IMG/VR virus record: IMGVR_UViG_3300044846_004119
Location: 64,001 to 128,000 of that record
From: a virus
Length of the DNA stretch: 64,000 bases
Strand: one strand, 5' to 3'
Of the stretch, positions 50,201-59,140 are shown piece by piece. Made by a program: the position numbers and the translations under genes. Below the pieces are notes generated by a model. That model was given only the letters and a program-made list of their open reading frames with translations. It was not told where the DNA came from and searched no databases. Numbering within the stretch: the first letter of the stretch is position 1; each line of letters opens with the position of its first letter.

Positions 50201-50549
50201 AGAATCAGACACCACTAAAGTTGTTTTAACTAAAGAGGTTGCTAAACAAATTGTGAAAGACTTGATTAGGCTAGATGGATGTCAAGAAGAGTTAAAATTA
50301 ACTCAAAATAAAATTATTAAACTTGAAGAAAGAGAAATTCAAAAAGATACAATCATTTCTTTATTGAGAGATAAAGATAAGAATAACCAATTTGTTATTA
50401 CTCAAAAAGATAAACAATTACAAATATCTGACGAGTTATCTAAAAGTTTAGGTAAAGAATTAAAAAGTTCTAAACGTACCACTTCCTTATATAAATTAGG
50501 AACTTTAGTTGGGATTATATCAACATCACTTTTATTAATTATTAAATAA
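50127..50549 (+). CDS. Signal peptide + coiled coil + C-terminal TM protein (spanin-like candidate)
   Basis: MKKLILLTILALTSLNC leader; C-terminal LGTLVGIISTSLLLII. Confidence 0.5.
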   Translation: MKKLILLTILALTSLNCFSQTGTNKESDTTKVVLTKEVAKQIVKDLIRLDGCQEELKLTQNKIIKLEEREIQKDTIISLLRDKDKNNQFVITQKDKQLQISDELSKSLGKELKSSKRTTSLYKLGTLVGIISTSLLLIIK

Positions 50550-50550
50550 C

Positions 50551-51282
50551 ATGAAAATTAAAGAAACATATTCTGGTGACCTAAAAACTAAAATGGCGGA
50601 TGAAATGAGTAAAACAGGTGTTTTCTCACAAGGTTCAGACGCGGTCCAAACTGCAAACTCTTTTATTAGAAGTATACCTGAAAGTAAAAACAAAAAAGAA
50701 GAGATTATTCGTAAACCATTAAAGAAAGGTTTTACCAATAAGTTAGTTAGTACTAAAAAAATAACAAAACCTATAGGCAAATTAACTATGGGAATGCCAA
50801 TAATGGGTGAAAAAAAAACAGAATCAACAGAATCAACAGGTTCAGGTTCTGCGGGAGGATTCTCAGAGCCATTATTCTCAACAACTAAAAAAGAAATGGA
50901 AGAAAATACGTTCAAAGCCCCAAAACTAACTATGTTTTCGGATGAAAAACCAAAACTTAAAAAAGTTGAGGCGACAGAAGCTACAGGTTCATCATCTTCA
51001 GGTGCTTATGAAACCAATGCGGCTTGGGCAAAATCCACAAGTAAAAAAGATTGGAGAGGTAAATCTAAACCTCAAATACCTGGAGGTAAGTTCGTCCAAG
51101 TTAAAGAGAAGTGTAAAAAATTCCCATACTGTAATCAAGGAGATATTAAAGCTTTAAAAATATTTGAAAACAATACTGTTAAAAAAGTGATTACAAATAT
51201 TAGTAAAAAACATAACATAAGTGAAAACGTGATTAAAACGATACTATCTTATGAGTATGAAAATAGTAAATCTAACAAATAA
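50551..51282 (+). CDS. Putative head-associated / internal protein
   Basis: Two E(S/A)T(G/E)SxSxG units; CKKFPYCNQG. Confidence 0.55.
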   Translation: MKIKETYSGDLKTKMADEMSKTGVFSQGSDAVQTANSFIRSIPESKNKKEEIIRKPLKKGFTNKLVSTKKITKPIGKLTMGMPIMGEKKTESTESTGSGSAGGFSEPLFSTTKKEMEENTFKAPKLTMFSDEKPKLKKVEATEATGSSSSGAYETNAAWAKSTSKKDWRGKSKPQIPGGKFVQVKEKCKKFPYCNQGDIKALKIFENNTVKKVITNISKKHNISENVIKTILSYEYENSKSNK

Positions 51283-51297
51283 ACTGAAATATTTAGA

Positions 51298-51305
51298 TAT
51301 TTATA
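51298..51305 (+). promoter_or_regulatory. Putative late-promoter motif TATTTATA
   Basis: TATTTATATTAAAAACA, identical 17-mer at 57388; 14 nt upstream of the ATG at 51320. Confidence 0.55.
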
Positions 51306-51319
51306 TTAAAAACAAGAAA

Positions 51320-52867
51320 ATGAAAAACACAAATAACAAATACCTTGATAATTTGGTCGCTAGATTGGTTAAAGAAACCTTAGAGGAAAGAACCGATGAG
51401 TTAACTACCAAGATAAATGAATTAGGTGGTATGGATGATGGTCATCCTAAATTTGGTAAGTTAAATTTAAATAAAATGTCAGATGAAGACTTAAATGACT
51501 TAATGAGTTCTAATGTTGAAGGTGATGACGACGACTATAAAGACCGAAGTGCGTATAAACCATATTATGGTGAAGAAGATGGTGACGATGATTTCCAAGA
51601 CGATGATTTCCAATACAATGGTGACATTGACAATGACTTTGATAATGATGAGGAATTAGACGAATCATCAGAAGTATGTGAATGTGGTGGTGGTATGTAT
51701 GAAGGTATTTGTGAAGAATGTGGTTATAGTAAAGTAGACGAAGGAATTGATGATGAAGAAGACCTTAATGGTAAATTTGATTATGTTGAGGAAGAAGTTG
51801 ATTTTGAAGATGAGGAAGAAATTGAAGACGAGACTCAATCAGAAGATAAAGAGGCTTGCAAGTACCATATGGATAATTTTGGTCCTGAGGACAAAAGAAC
51901 ACAACAGTTCTGTGGTTCAAATAAAATGGGTTTAAACAAATTTAAATTCTCAATGAATGAAAGATTAAAAGGTCGACAAAGAAATATTGACAAAAACAAA
52001 AATGGTAAAATTGATTCTGAAGATTTTGAAATGTTAAGAAAAGGTGAGACTAAAGAAGGTAAAATGAATGAGAAATTAAAAGGTCGACAAAGAAATATTG
52101 ACAAAAACAAAAATGGTAAAATTGATTCTGAAGATTTTGAAATGTTAAGAAAAGGTGAGACTAAAGAAGGTAAAAAATCTGTTAAACTTTCTGAGAACGA
52201 AATGATTGATTTAATAGAAAAACTTGTTAGAGAAGAAAATGCTGGCAAAAAACAAACTAATAATATTAAAAGTGCCGGAAAACCTAAAGGACTTACAAAA
52301 TACGAACAAATTCACACTAAAGATGGTAAAGAAAATGATAACTATCTTAAGGATGTTTCTAAAAAAATGAAAGATTATTTAAAAGACGGTTCTAAAGGTG
52401 ATTTTGATATGAACCCTAAAATGTTTCCTAAAGGAAATGGTGAATTAGCAACAATGAAAAAGAAAGCATATATCCCATCAACTGCGGTTGAGGACTACGT
52501 TGACAACTTTACGGCTGCTGCGTTAGAAAATTTAGATTACGATGGTATCCATGCAAATGAAGAATGGGTAACAGATAACATCGAAGGTTCTTCAAGAACA
52601 GGTAATAACCCTGAATGGGCTAACACGGGGGAATCTGATGTGAACAAAAAACGTAACAAAATCAGAAAAGATAATATGTTGGCTAAACTTAAGAGAAAGG
52701 CCTACAACAAATCACCACAACCAGTTGTTAACGATACTGCGGGTGAAGATAAAGGTAGTGTGATTATGGCTAAATTAGAGTCAACTGAACCAAAACAAGC
52801 GAAACAAATTAATGAAGAGTTTGATAGAATGAAATCTTTAATAGGTTACAATCAAAAAACTCAATAA
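51320..52867 (+). CDS. Large acidic putative head/scaffold-like protein with duplicated EF-hand-like loops
   Basis: Asp/Glu-rich; CECGG..CEECG; two copies of DKNKNGKIDSEDF; C-terminal INEEFDRMKSLIGY. ATG at 51320 preferred over 51251. Confidence 0.65.
   Translation: MKNTNNKYLDNLVARLVKETLEERTDELTTKINELGGMDDGHPKFGKLNLNKMSDEDLNDLMSSNVEGDDDDYKDRSAYKPYYGEEDGDDDFQDDDFQYNGDIDNDFDNDEELDESSEVCECGGGMYEGICEECGYSKVDEGIDDEEDLNGKFDYVEEEVDFEDEEEIEDETQSEDKEACKYHMDNFGPEDKRTQQFCGSNKMGLNKFKFSMNERLKGRQRNIDKNKNGKIDSEDFEMLRKGETKEGKMNEKLKGRQRNIDKNKNGKIDSEDFEMLRKGETKEGKKSVKLSENEMIDLIEKLVREENAGKKQTNNIKSAGKPKGLTKYEQIHTKDGKENDNYLKDVSKKMKDYLKDGSKGDFDMNPKMFPKGNGELATMKKKAYIPSTAVEDYVDNFTAAALENLDYDGIHANEEWVTDNIEGSSRTGNNPEWANTGESDVNKKRNKIRKDNMLAKLKRKAYNKSPQPVVNDTAGEDKGSVIMAKLESTEPKQAKQINEEFDRMKSLIGYNQKTQ
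51953..52174 (+). repeat. Tandem 111-nt (37-aa) duplication
   Basis: Units 51953-52063 and 52064-52174 differ at only 2 nt by manual alignment. Confidence 0.95.
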
Positions 52868-52914
52868 TTTACAAACACATAATATAACTTATAATTTCTC
52901 CATAGACTAACTCT

Positions 52915-53382
52915 ATGGAGAATTTTTTTAATTACATATCAAATCCGTTAACTCCTGAGGATGTTGACATCTGGTTTAGGGTAAATAATATCATACCTGA
53001 AAAAATAGAGTTATTTTCCGACTTCTCACATTCCCTGAACATATTAATTGTTGAAACTTATTTAGGTGAGAATAACACCGCAAATGAAACCAAAATTGTT
53101 ATGTCGTTAGACGATAATCACAAACATTTTGAATGGTGTTGGAATAAAATAATTGATAACTTTACTAAAGAGAATATTAGATTCCAACCAATTGGTGACC
53201 ACTACGAATACTTCCAATCATTTTTTGTTGATATCTTTTATAATCAAAGTGACGTTAAAATTAGACATTCTATTGATAGTTACCTCAACGACCTTTTTGA
53301 CACCAAAAAATCTTTCACTAAATCTGATTTAGATATGATATTAACCATATATAAAGTGTTAGATAAAAATCTTAAAATTTAA
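52915..53382 (+). CDS. Hypothetical protein
   Basis: 155 aa; start codon lies inside an 11-bp hairpin. Confidence 0.7.
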   Translation: MENFFNYISNPLTPEDVDIWFRVNNIIPEKIELFSDFSHSLNILIVETYLGENNTANETKIVMSLDDNHKHFEWCWNKIIDNFTKENIRFQPIGDHYEYFQSFFVDIFYNQSDVKIRHSIDSYLNDLFDTKKSFTKSDLDMILTIYKVLDKNLKI

Positions 53383-53464
53383 AAAATACCTTTATAGTGT
53401 TTACTATAGACCAAAAAAAATTATTTTATAATAAAACAATAAATAAACTAATTGAATTTTAAAA

Positions 53465-53641
53465 ATGGAAACATTAGAACAAATTAAAACACTAACTGAA
53501 GAATTGTCACAAGAAGTGGCCAAATTCTTTAAAGGTAATAAAAGTGCGGGTACTAGAGCTAGAAAAAACGCTCATGACTTGAAAAATTTATTACAAACAC
53601 TAAGAACTGAAATACTTGAAGAAAGAAAAAAACCTCAATAA
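53465..53641 (+). CDS. Histone H1-like (Hc1 N-terminal family) small protein, missing from the ORF track
   Basis: 58 aa METLEQIKTLTEELSQEVAKFFKGNKSAGTRARKNAHDLKNLLQTLRTEILEERKKPQ; GNKSAGTRARK signature; TAATG coupling to the next ORF. Confidence 0.8.
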   Translation: METLEQIKTLTEELSQEVAKFFKGNKSAGTRARKNAHDLKNLLQTLRTEILEERKKPQ

Positions 53642-53829
53642 TGCATAATTTAAATGCAATATATTTGTTTTTATTTATCTTTTCGGTTCTGACCGTAATT
53701 AGAACGGTCGCTAGGTTTATAAGTACCCTATTACAGAACCCACCAAGTCAACTAAAATTGACTAGGTGGGAACTTATACACTTAGGATTATCACTATCCT
53801 ATGTCATAACCTATTTTATTAAAAATTAA
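53641..53829 (+). CDS. Small membrane protein
   Basis: Two hydrophobic helices. Confidence 0.55.
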   Translation: MHNLNAIYLFLFIFSVLTVIRTVARFISTLLQNPPSQLKLTRWELIHLGLSLSYVITYFIKN

Positions 53830-53831
53830 TT

Positions 53832-54281
53832 ATGAGTTTATATAAAGAGTTTTCAACATTACTTCCATACATACAGTCTGTAAGGAAACTTAAAAACTAT
53901 TTAAGTTTTGACGTTAGTTTTCCTAAAACATGGAAATTACCTAAAAAATATATTGAAGAAGATAAAATTTTAGAACAAGAAAGTACTATTATTGATAATA
54001 GATTTTTTTCTTTTGTATCTGAGATAACTGAAGAAGGTGTTGAAAACACATCTAAAAATATTCAAAATATTATTAAATATAATTTAGAAAGAGAAGAGAA
54101 AGAAAAATTATTCCAAAATAAAGTAGATGAATTAAAGCATATTTTTGAAAAACAAAATCTTAAAAACTTAAAAAGTTTACAATTTGAAATAAAAAATAAT
54201 AAATTAGAACTTGAATACGATGAAGAAGAGCTCGAAGGTGCTAGAGTGGTTCCAGAACGAATTAACAAAGGACAAGATTGA
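53832..54281 (+). CDS. Hypothetical protein
   Basis: 149 aa, in operon. Confidence 0.65.
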   Translation: MSLYKEFSTLLPYIQSVRKLKNYLSFDVSFPKTWKLPKKYIEEDKILEQESTIIDNRFFSFVSEITEEGVENTSKNIQNIIKYNLEREEKEKLFQNKVDELKHIFEKQNLKNLKSLQFEIKNNKLELEYDEEELEGARVVPERINKGQD

Positions 54282-54414
54282 TTTAGATAAAGGAAAGTCT
54301 GATTTAATCAACCAAATTAAAAAATTAAAAAAGGAAGAAATACTTCCTAAAATACCTCAAACCCCTGAAAAAATATCACTATGGAAGAGAATCAAAAAAG
54401 TATTGATGGGATAA
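54220..54414 (+). CDS. Hypothetical protein
   Basis: MKKSSKVLEWFQNEL...; ATG at 54220 preferred. Confidence 0.55.
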   Translation: MKKSSKVLEWFQNELTKDKIDLDKGKSDLINQIKKLKKEEILPKIPQTPEKISLWKRIKKVLMG

Positions 54415-54695
54415 TTGAAAAATTAGCGTTAGTTGCTGATGCGATTGACAGTTTATTTCCTGATGGAAAATCCGCAATCGCCTTTGAACTTAAATCAGAA
54501 GATTTTAAAAGAGTTCAAAATAACTTTCGACAAGTTGACCATACACATAAACAATTCAAAATAGTTATTTCAAATACCGAATTTATGTTTTTGTTGGATG
54601 GGTTGTTGATTGACGAAACAGATAGGTTTTCGGAAACCCTTTCTCAGATAAAATTAAATAAAGATACTTCCTCTGAGCAGTTGAATAATCTTTAA
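54381..54695 (+). CDS. Hypothetical protein
   Basis: 104 aa; 3' end overlaps a convergent gene. Confidence 0.55.
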   Translation: MEENQKSIDGIIEKLALVADAIDSLFPDGKSAIAFELKSEDFKRVQNNFRQVDHTHKQFKIVISNTEFMFLLDGLLIDETDRFSETLSQIKLNKDTSSEQLNNL

Positions 54696-55230
54696 CAAAC
54701 ATACAATCACTTCTTTTTTGAGATATGAAATTTTCAGAAAGATTATCTAATAGTCTTGATGAATCATCATCATTTTTTAATGTGAATAAATTATAATTGT
54801 CATCGTTTTGTACAATTACTTTATTATTTAATTTAGATATCATTTTTAAACCAGGTGGGTCTAAATATTTTTTAATAAAATCATTGATTGTTATTCTAGT
54901 ATTGGTGGAATAGTCAACAATAAGTTCCTCTAAATTATATTTTGATATTTTGATAATTGAGAAATCATTATCGTCTAAGTCAACTTTAACCTGTCTACCA
55001 AAAACATCTTTCATATACATTGGTGACAAAGTTCCTGATGTTTTTTCTAACAATGCTAATTCATACAATGATTCGTAACCATTTTCATATTTTTTATCAA
55101 AAAAAATGGAATTACTTTTCTCAACCAATAAATTATATAACTCATTTGCTTTTTTATGTGTTTTAAATTTATTGATTATTTTCTTTTTTACTTTATTCTT
55201 AAACAGTACTACTTGATAGTTGTATGACAT
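54583..55230 (-). CDS. Hypothetical protein
   Basis: 215 aa; fills an otherwise ORF-free gap. Confidence 0.7.
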   Translation of the reverse strand: MSYNYQVVLFKNKVKKKIINKFKTHKKANELYNLLVEKSNSIFFDKKYENGYESLYELALLEKTSGTLSPMYMKDVFGRQVKVDLDDNDFSIIKISKYNLEELIVDYSTNTRITINDFIKKYLDPPGLKMISKLNNKVIVQNDDNYNLFTLKNDDDSSRLLDNLSENFISQKRSDCMFVKDYSTAQRKYLYLILSEKGFPKTYLFRQSTTHPTKT

Positions 55231-55279
55231 TGAAAAATGATAATATTAACTAAATTAGTTTCAAAACAAATATAAGTAA

Positions 55280-56203
55280 ATGAGTATGGATAATTTTTAC
55301 AATACAATAGGGGTTAATGAAACCGCAACACAAGATGAGATTAAAAAAGCTTACCGTAAATTAGCAATTGAACATCATCCAGATAAAGGTGGTGATGAAA
55401 ATAAATTTAAAAAAATTTCGGAAGCCTACGATACTTTAGGTGACGAGATTAAAAGAAGTCAATATGACAATCAAAGGCAAAATCCTTTTAATAACATGGG
55501 AGGTGGAGGATTCAACCCATTTGAAGATTTGTTTAAAGGAGCATTTCATACTCAAAGAAGACGAACTGTTCCTGATAAAGTAATTGAAGTTCAGATTAGT
55601 GCTCTTGAATCGTTTATTGCGGGGGATAAGGTAATTAGTTATTCAAGACAACATATGTGTAATGATTGTGTTGGACAAGGTGGAGATAGAGACACTTGTA
55701 ATGTATGTAATGGAGATGGATTTATTGTTCAAAAAATTGGTGGAAGTATGTTTTCTCAGGTGGTTAGACAAACGTGTAACAAATGTAAAGGGAATGGATT
55801 CGCCTATAAAAAAACTTGTGGTACTTGCCACGGACAAACAACTAGGTCTGAAACGGAATCAATTAAGATTAAATTACCACATGGGATTGATGATGGACAA
55901 TTTTTAAGGTTACAAGGTAAAGGTGATTATAAAGATGGTATGTATGGTAATTTGGTTATTAGAGTTAAAGTGATGTCTGAAAATAATTTTGAAAAACTTG
56001 GGGATGATTTAATCTATAACGCTTATTTTGATTTAAATGGGTTACACAGTGATAATTTAGAGATTCCGCATCCACAAGGGAATATATCAATTAAATTACC
56101 AACTCAATTTGATACATCAAAACCCCTTAGAGTTAAATCTAAAGGGTATAATAATGTTGGTGATATGTTTGTTAAACTTTTTGTTAGGTTTAACCGTAAT
56201 TAA
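55280..56203 (+). CDS. dnaJ: DnaJ (Hsp40) co-chaperone
   Basis: J domain with HPD, four CxxCxGxG-type repeats, C-terminal LPHGIDDGQFLRLQGKG. Confidence 0.95.
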   Translation: MSMDNFYNTIGVNETATQDEIKKAYRKLAIEHHPDKGGDENKFKKISEAYDTLGDEIKRSQYDNQRQNPFNNMGGGGFNPFEDLFKGAFHTQRRRTVPDKVIEVQISALESFIAGDKVISYSRQHMCNDCVGQGGDRDTCNVCNGDGFIVQKIGGSMFSQVVRQTCNKCKGNGFAYKKTCGTCHGQTTRSETESIKIKLPHGIDDGQFLRLQGKGDYKDGMYGNLVIRVKVMSENNFEKLGDDLIYNAYFDLNGLHSDNLEIPHPQGNISIKLPTQFDTSKPLRVKSKGYNNVGDMFVKLFVRFNRN

Positions 56204-56403
56204 TTTGTGAAGTAATTTTGAGCTTCGTGTATTAATTTTATAGTCCCGTATATTGCGGCAAATAAAATATAGAATGATATTGCAATTAAAAACCACTGTT
56301 GTTTTCGGAATTTACCACAAGAACTACATTTTTTTGTTGATTTAGAGGATTTACCTGTATTAATTTCGGTTTCATCAATTACTGTTCCTTCGACTGTATC
56401 CAT
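56200..56403 (-). CDS. Small membrane protein with a CxxC motif
   Basis: CSSCGK followed by a TM helix. Confidence 0.5.
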   Translation of the reverse strand: MDTVEGTVIDETEINTGKSSKSTKKCSSCGKFRKQQWFLIAISFYILFAAIYGTIKLIHEAQNYFTN

Positions 56404-56521
56404 TGTTTTTTAAATTTAAATAGTTTATGACCCAAAAGTAATCTAAAAATACATTAAAGTAAAATACCTAAAACATTTGCCTTTTTGGTTTTTTTCACTT
56501 ATACTTTTAAAAAAAATAACT

Positions 56522-57361
56522 ATGCTATCATACATCGGAGGTAAAAGTAAAATTGGAAAGTGGATTGTCCCTTTCTACCCTGAGGATATGGAGACGTACG
56601 TAGAAACATTCGGAGGGATGTTTTGGTGTTTCTTCAACATGGATTTATCCAAATATCCAAATCTTAAAGAAGTCGTATATAACGACTTCAATCCATTAAA
56701 TTATAACTTGTTTCAATGTGTTAAAAATCCTAAACTATTATTGGATGCGATTAATGCAATACCATGTCAACAATTTGGTGAAGAAATTACACCGTCAATT
56801 TACAAAGAACAATTTATCAGCTTCCAAGCTGAAATATTTGCCGATAATTACAGCGTACAACCTGGCGATTATGTTGTTGCCGCGAAATATGCTTACGTAT
56901 TAACACAAGTATTTAGTGGTAGTAAACCTGAAACGAGTGGTTTTATTGACTTAAAAGGTAAGTATAAATCAAAATACCTTACATTTAGAGATAAGTTATC
57001 TAAACCTGAATGGGTTGAACATTTTTTAAAGATAACCAAGGTTGAGAATATGGATTTTGAGGATGTTATTAAAAAATATGACTCACCAACAACATATATC
57101 TATTTGGACCCACCTTATTGGAAAACGGAAAATTATTACAATAATCATGACTTTGATAGAGATGACCATGAGAGATTGGCTAATGTATTAAAAGATATTA
57201 AAGGTAAATTTAGTTTATCTTATTATGACTTTGAATTATTACATACTTGGTTTCCTGAACCAAAATATCGATGGGAGAAAAAAGAATTCGCCAAAGCTGC
57301 GGCGGCTAAAAAAGGTAAGACTCAAAACATGGGGGAAGAACTTTTAATTATGAATTACTAA
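56522..57361 (+). CDS. N6-adenine DNA methyltransferase (Dam/D12 family)
   Basis: YIGGKS, YVETFGG, VYNDFN, ENMDF, YLDPPY, LSYY, ELLIMNY. ATG at 56522 preferred over the TTG at 56477. Confidence 0.9.
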   Translation: MLSYIGGKSKIGKWIVPFYPEDMETYVETFGGMFWCFFNMDLSKYPNLKEVVYNDFNPLNYNLFQCVKNPKLLLDAINAIPCQQFGEEITPSIYKEQFISFQAEIFADNYSVQPGDYVVAAKYAYVLTQVFSGSKPETSGFIDLKGKYKSKYLTFRDKLSKPEWVEHFLKITKVENMDFEDVIKKYDSPTTYIYLDPPYWKTENYYNNHDFDRDDHERLANVLKDIKGKFSLSYYDFELLHTWFPEPKYRWEKKEFAKAAAAKKGKTQNMGEELLIMNY

Positions 57362-57387
57362 ATAATGGATTATTTCTTAATTCTGAA

Positions 57388-57395
57388 TATTTATA
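57388..57395 (+). promoter_or_regulatory. Putative late-promoter motif TATTTATA
   Basis: 15 nt upstream of the ATG at 57411; same 17-mer as at 51298. Confidence 0.55.
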
Positions 57396-57410
57396 TTAAA
57401 AACATTTAAA

Positions 57411-58787
57411 ATGAGAATAACAACATTACTTTCGAATTTAATAGTAGAACAATCTAGATTTCAGGTTTTATTTGATAAATTAGTTAAACCTGCCACTAAA
57501 TCTAAAAATATTGAGACAGGAAAAAAACCAAAAGGTATTATGGATTTTGAAACCCTAAAGGCGATTATCCTTGCTGACCCAACAACTAGAGTACCTGAAG
57601 GTAAAGATATAGACACTTTATCCATGGAAGATATGGAAAGAGTTAAAGTTGGTAAATACTCACAATGGTTACTTAAAAACTATGTTAGTCCTCAGATTGA
57701 AACTGATGATGAAGTTGATTTTAAAAGTCCTGCATATCAAAAGTCTTTAGTTGAAGGCCGAAGATTATTCATGGAGGATTTATATAAAACTACCGCTGAT
57801 TTAGTTAAGTTTGAAAAGGCTAAACCCTATTTACCCCAAGAACAAAGAGACATCAATAAATTTACGGTAACATCATTATTTGATACTTTAAAAGATTTTC
57901 AAATTCCTGAAAAGAAAAGGGGTGAACTTGAAAAGAAAGAAGCTAAAAAATCAAGAGAAGGTTTTAACCACGCTGGTGGTAAAATCGTTTATGAAGGTCC
58001 AAATTGGACAATGATTAAAATTGAAGACCAAGGTAGTGTTGGTAAAGACGCGGCGGTTTACTATGGTGGATTCCATGAGTACGACCAAGGAGAATCAAGA
58101 TGGTGTACGTCATCACCTGGATTAACTTATTTTAATGGATACATTAAAGATGGCCCATTATATGTCGTATTTCCAAATGATGACAAAGGTTTAGTTGGTA
58201 AAAAAACAGGTTTACCACAAGAAAGATTCCAATTCCATTTCCCTTCAAATCAGTTTATGGATAGACATGACAGACAAATTAATTTAGTTGAATATTTGAA
58301 CGGACCTATGTCTGAACTCAAGGACTTCTTCAAACCTGAATTTGCGAAAGGATTAGTAACTAAAGGTGGTAATAAGGTTGAAATTAACTATCCTGATAGT
58401 TCTGCGGGTAAATTTGTTGCTTTATATGGATTTGATGAATTATTTGATAGTTTACCTGAAAATATAGAACACTTATTAATTAATAACAAATCAAAAGAAG
58501 AGATTGCGTTAACAGTTCCTGAGTCTTTAGGTAGATTCAAAGACTTACAAGCATTGTTATTACAAAATATCGCTAAAACATTACCTGAGTCAATCGGTCA
58601 ATTACAGAATTTAAATTTCTTGGCGTTACCGTCAAATAAATCGTTACAAAGTTTACCTGAATCAATTGCTGATATACCAGGTTTAGCGTTTATTAACTTA
58701 AAAGATAGTAACCCTGGTGTTAAAATACCTGAAAGATTAAAAGAAAAACTATCTGATGAAGGTAGTGGGTTTTATTATGTAAACTAA
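57411..58787 (+). CDS. Protein with a PcfJ-like (WCT) central domain and C-terminal leucine-rich repeats
   Basis: SRWCTS..., RFQFHF..QFMD; LRR units VPESLGRFKDLQAL, LPESIGQLQNLNFL, LPESIADIPGLAFI. Confidence 0.65.
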   Translation: MRITTLLSNLIVEQSRFQVLFDKLVKPATKSKNIETGKKPKGIMDFETLKAIILADPTTRVPEGKDIDTLSMEDMERVKVGKYSQWLLKNYVSPQIETDDEVDFKSPAYQKSLVEGRRLFMEDLYKTTADLVKFEKAKPYLPQEQRDINKFTVTSLFDTLKDFQIPEKKRGELEKKEAKKSREGFNHAGGKIVYEGPNWTMIKIEDQGSVGKDAAVYYGGFHEYDQGESRWCTSSPGLTYFNGYIKDGPLYVVFPNDDKGLVGKKTGLPQERFQFHFPSNQFMDRHDRQINLVEYLNGPMSELKDFFKPEFAKGLVTKGGNKVEINYPDSSAGKFVALYGFDELFDSLPENIEHLLINNKSKEEIALTVPESLGRFKDLQALLLQNIAKTLPESIGQLQNLNFLALPSNKSLQSLPESIADIPGLAFINLKDSNPGVKIPERLKEKLSDEGSGFYYVN

Positions 58788-58816
58788 TTTACTTATTTTT
58801 TTACAAAAATAATGTT

Positions 58817-59107
58817 ATGGGAAATGTTGACGTAGACATATATGTTAATCAGTTTATATCATTTTTTGATAAAAACCCTGAAGAGTTAAAAATTTTAATC
58901 GGTGATGTGGATAAAAATGAATTTTATCTTAAAGTTACTGAACAATGTTATGTTAATGTTGAAAATGGGGAAGAAATTTCTTTAACAAGGCCTCAGATAC
59001 TTAAAATAATTGTTAAACTTAGAAAGAGTGAAATTACTATCTTTGAAAAAACTAAGATTTACGAAATTCACCAAAAAACAAAATTCGGAAACATTTGTTT
59101 AAATTAA
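58817..59107 (+). CDS. Hypothetical protein
   Basis: 96 aa. Confidence 0.65.
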   Translation: MGNVDVDIYVNQFISFFDKNPEELKILIGDVDKNEFYLKVTEQCYVNVENGEEISLTRPQILKIIVKLRKSEITIFEKTKIYEIHQKTKFGNICLN

Positions 59108-59108
59108 A

Positions 59109-59140
59109 TTTGGTAATATGAATGGTATTCATTACTTTTG
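59109..59140 (+). promoter_or_regulatory. Bacteroidota sigma70-type promoter
   Basis: TTTG (59109-59112), 20-nt spacer, TACTTTTG (59133-59140). Confidence 0.65.

Noticed and set aside
51953-52174. Possible CRISPR or mobile-element direct repeat
   Set aside because: In-frame 37-aa tandem duplication with no spacer
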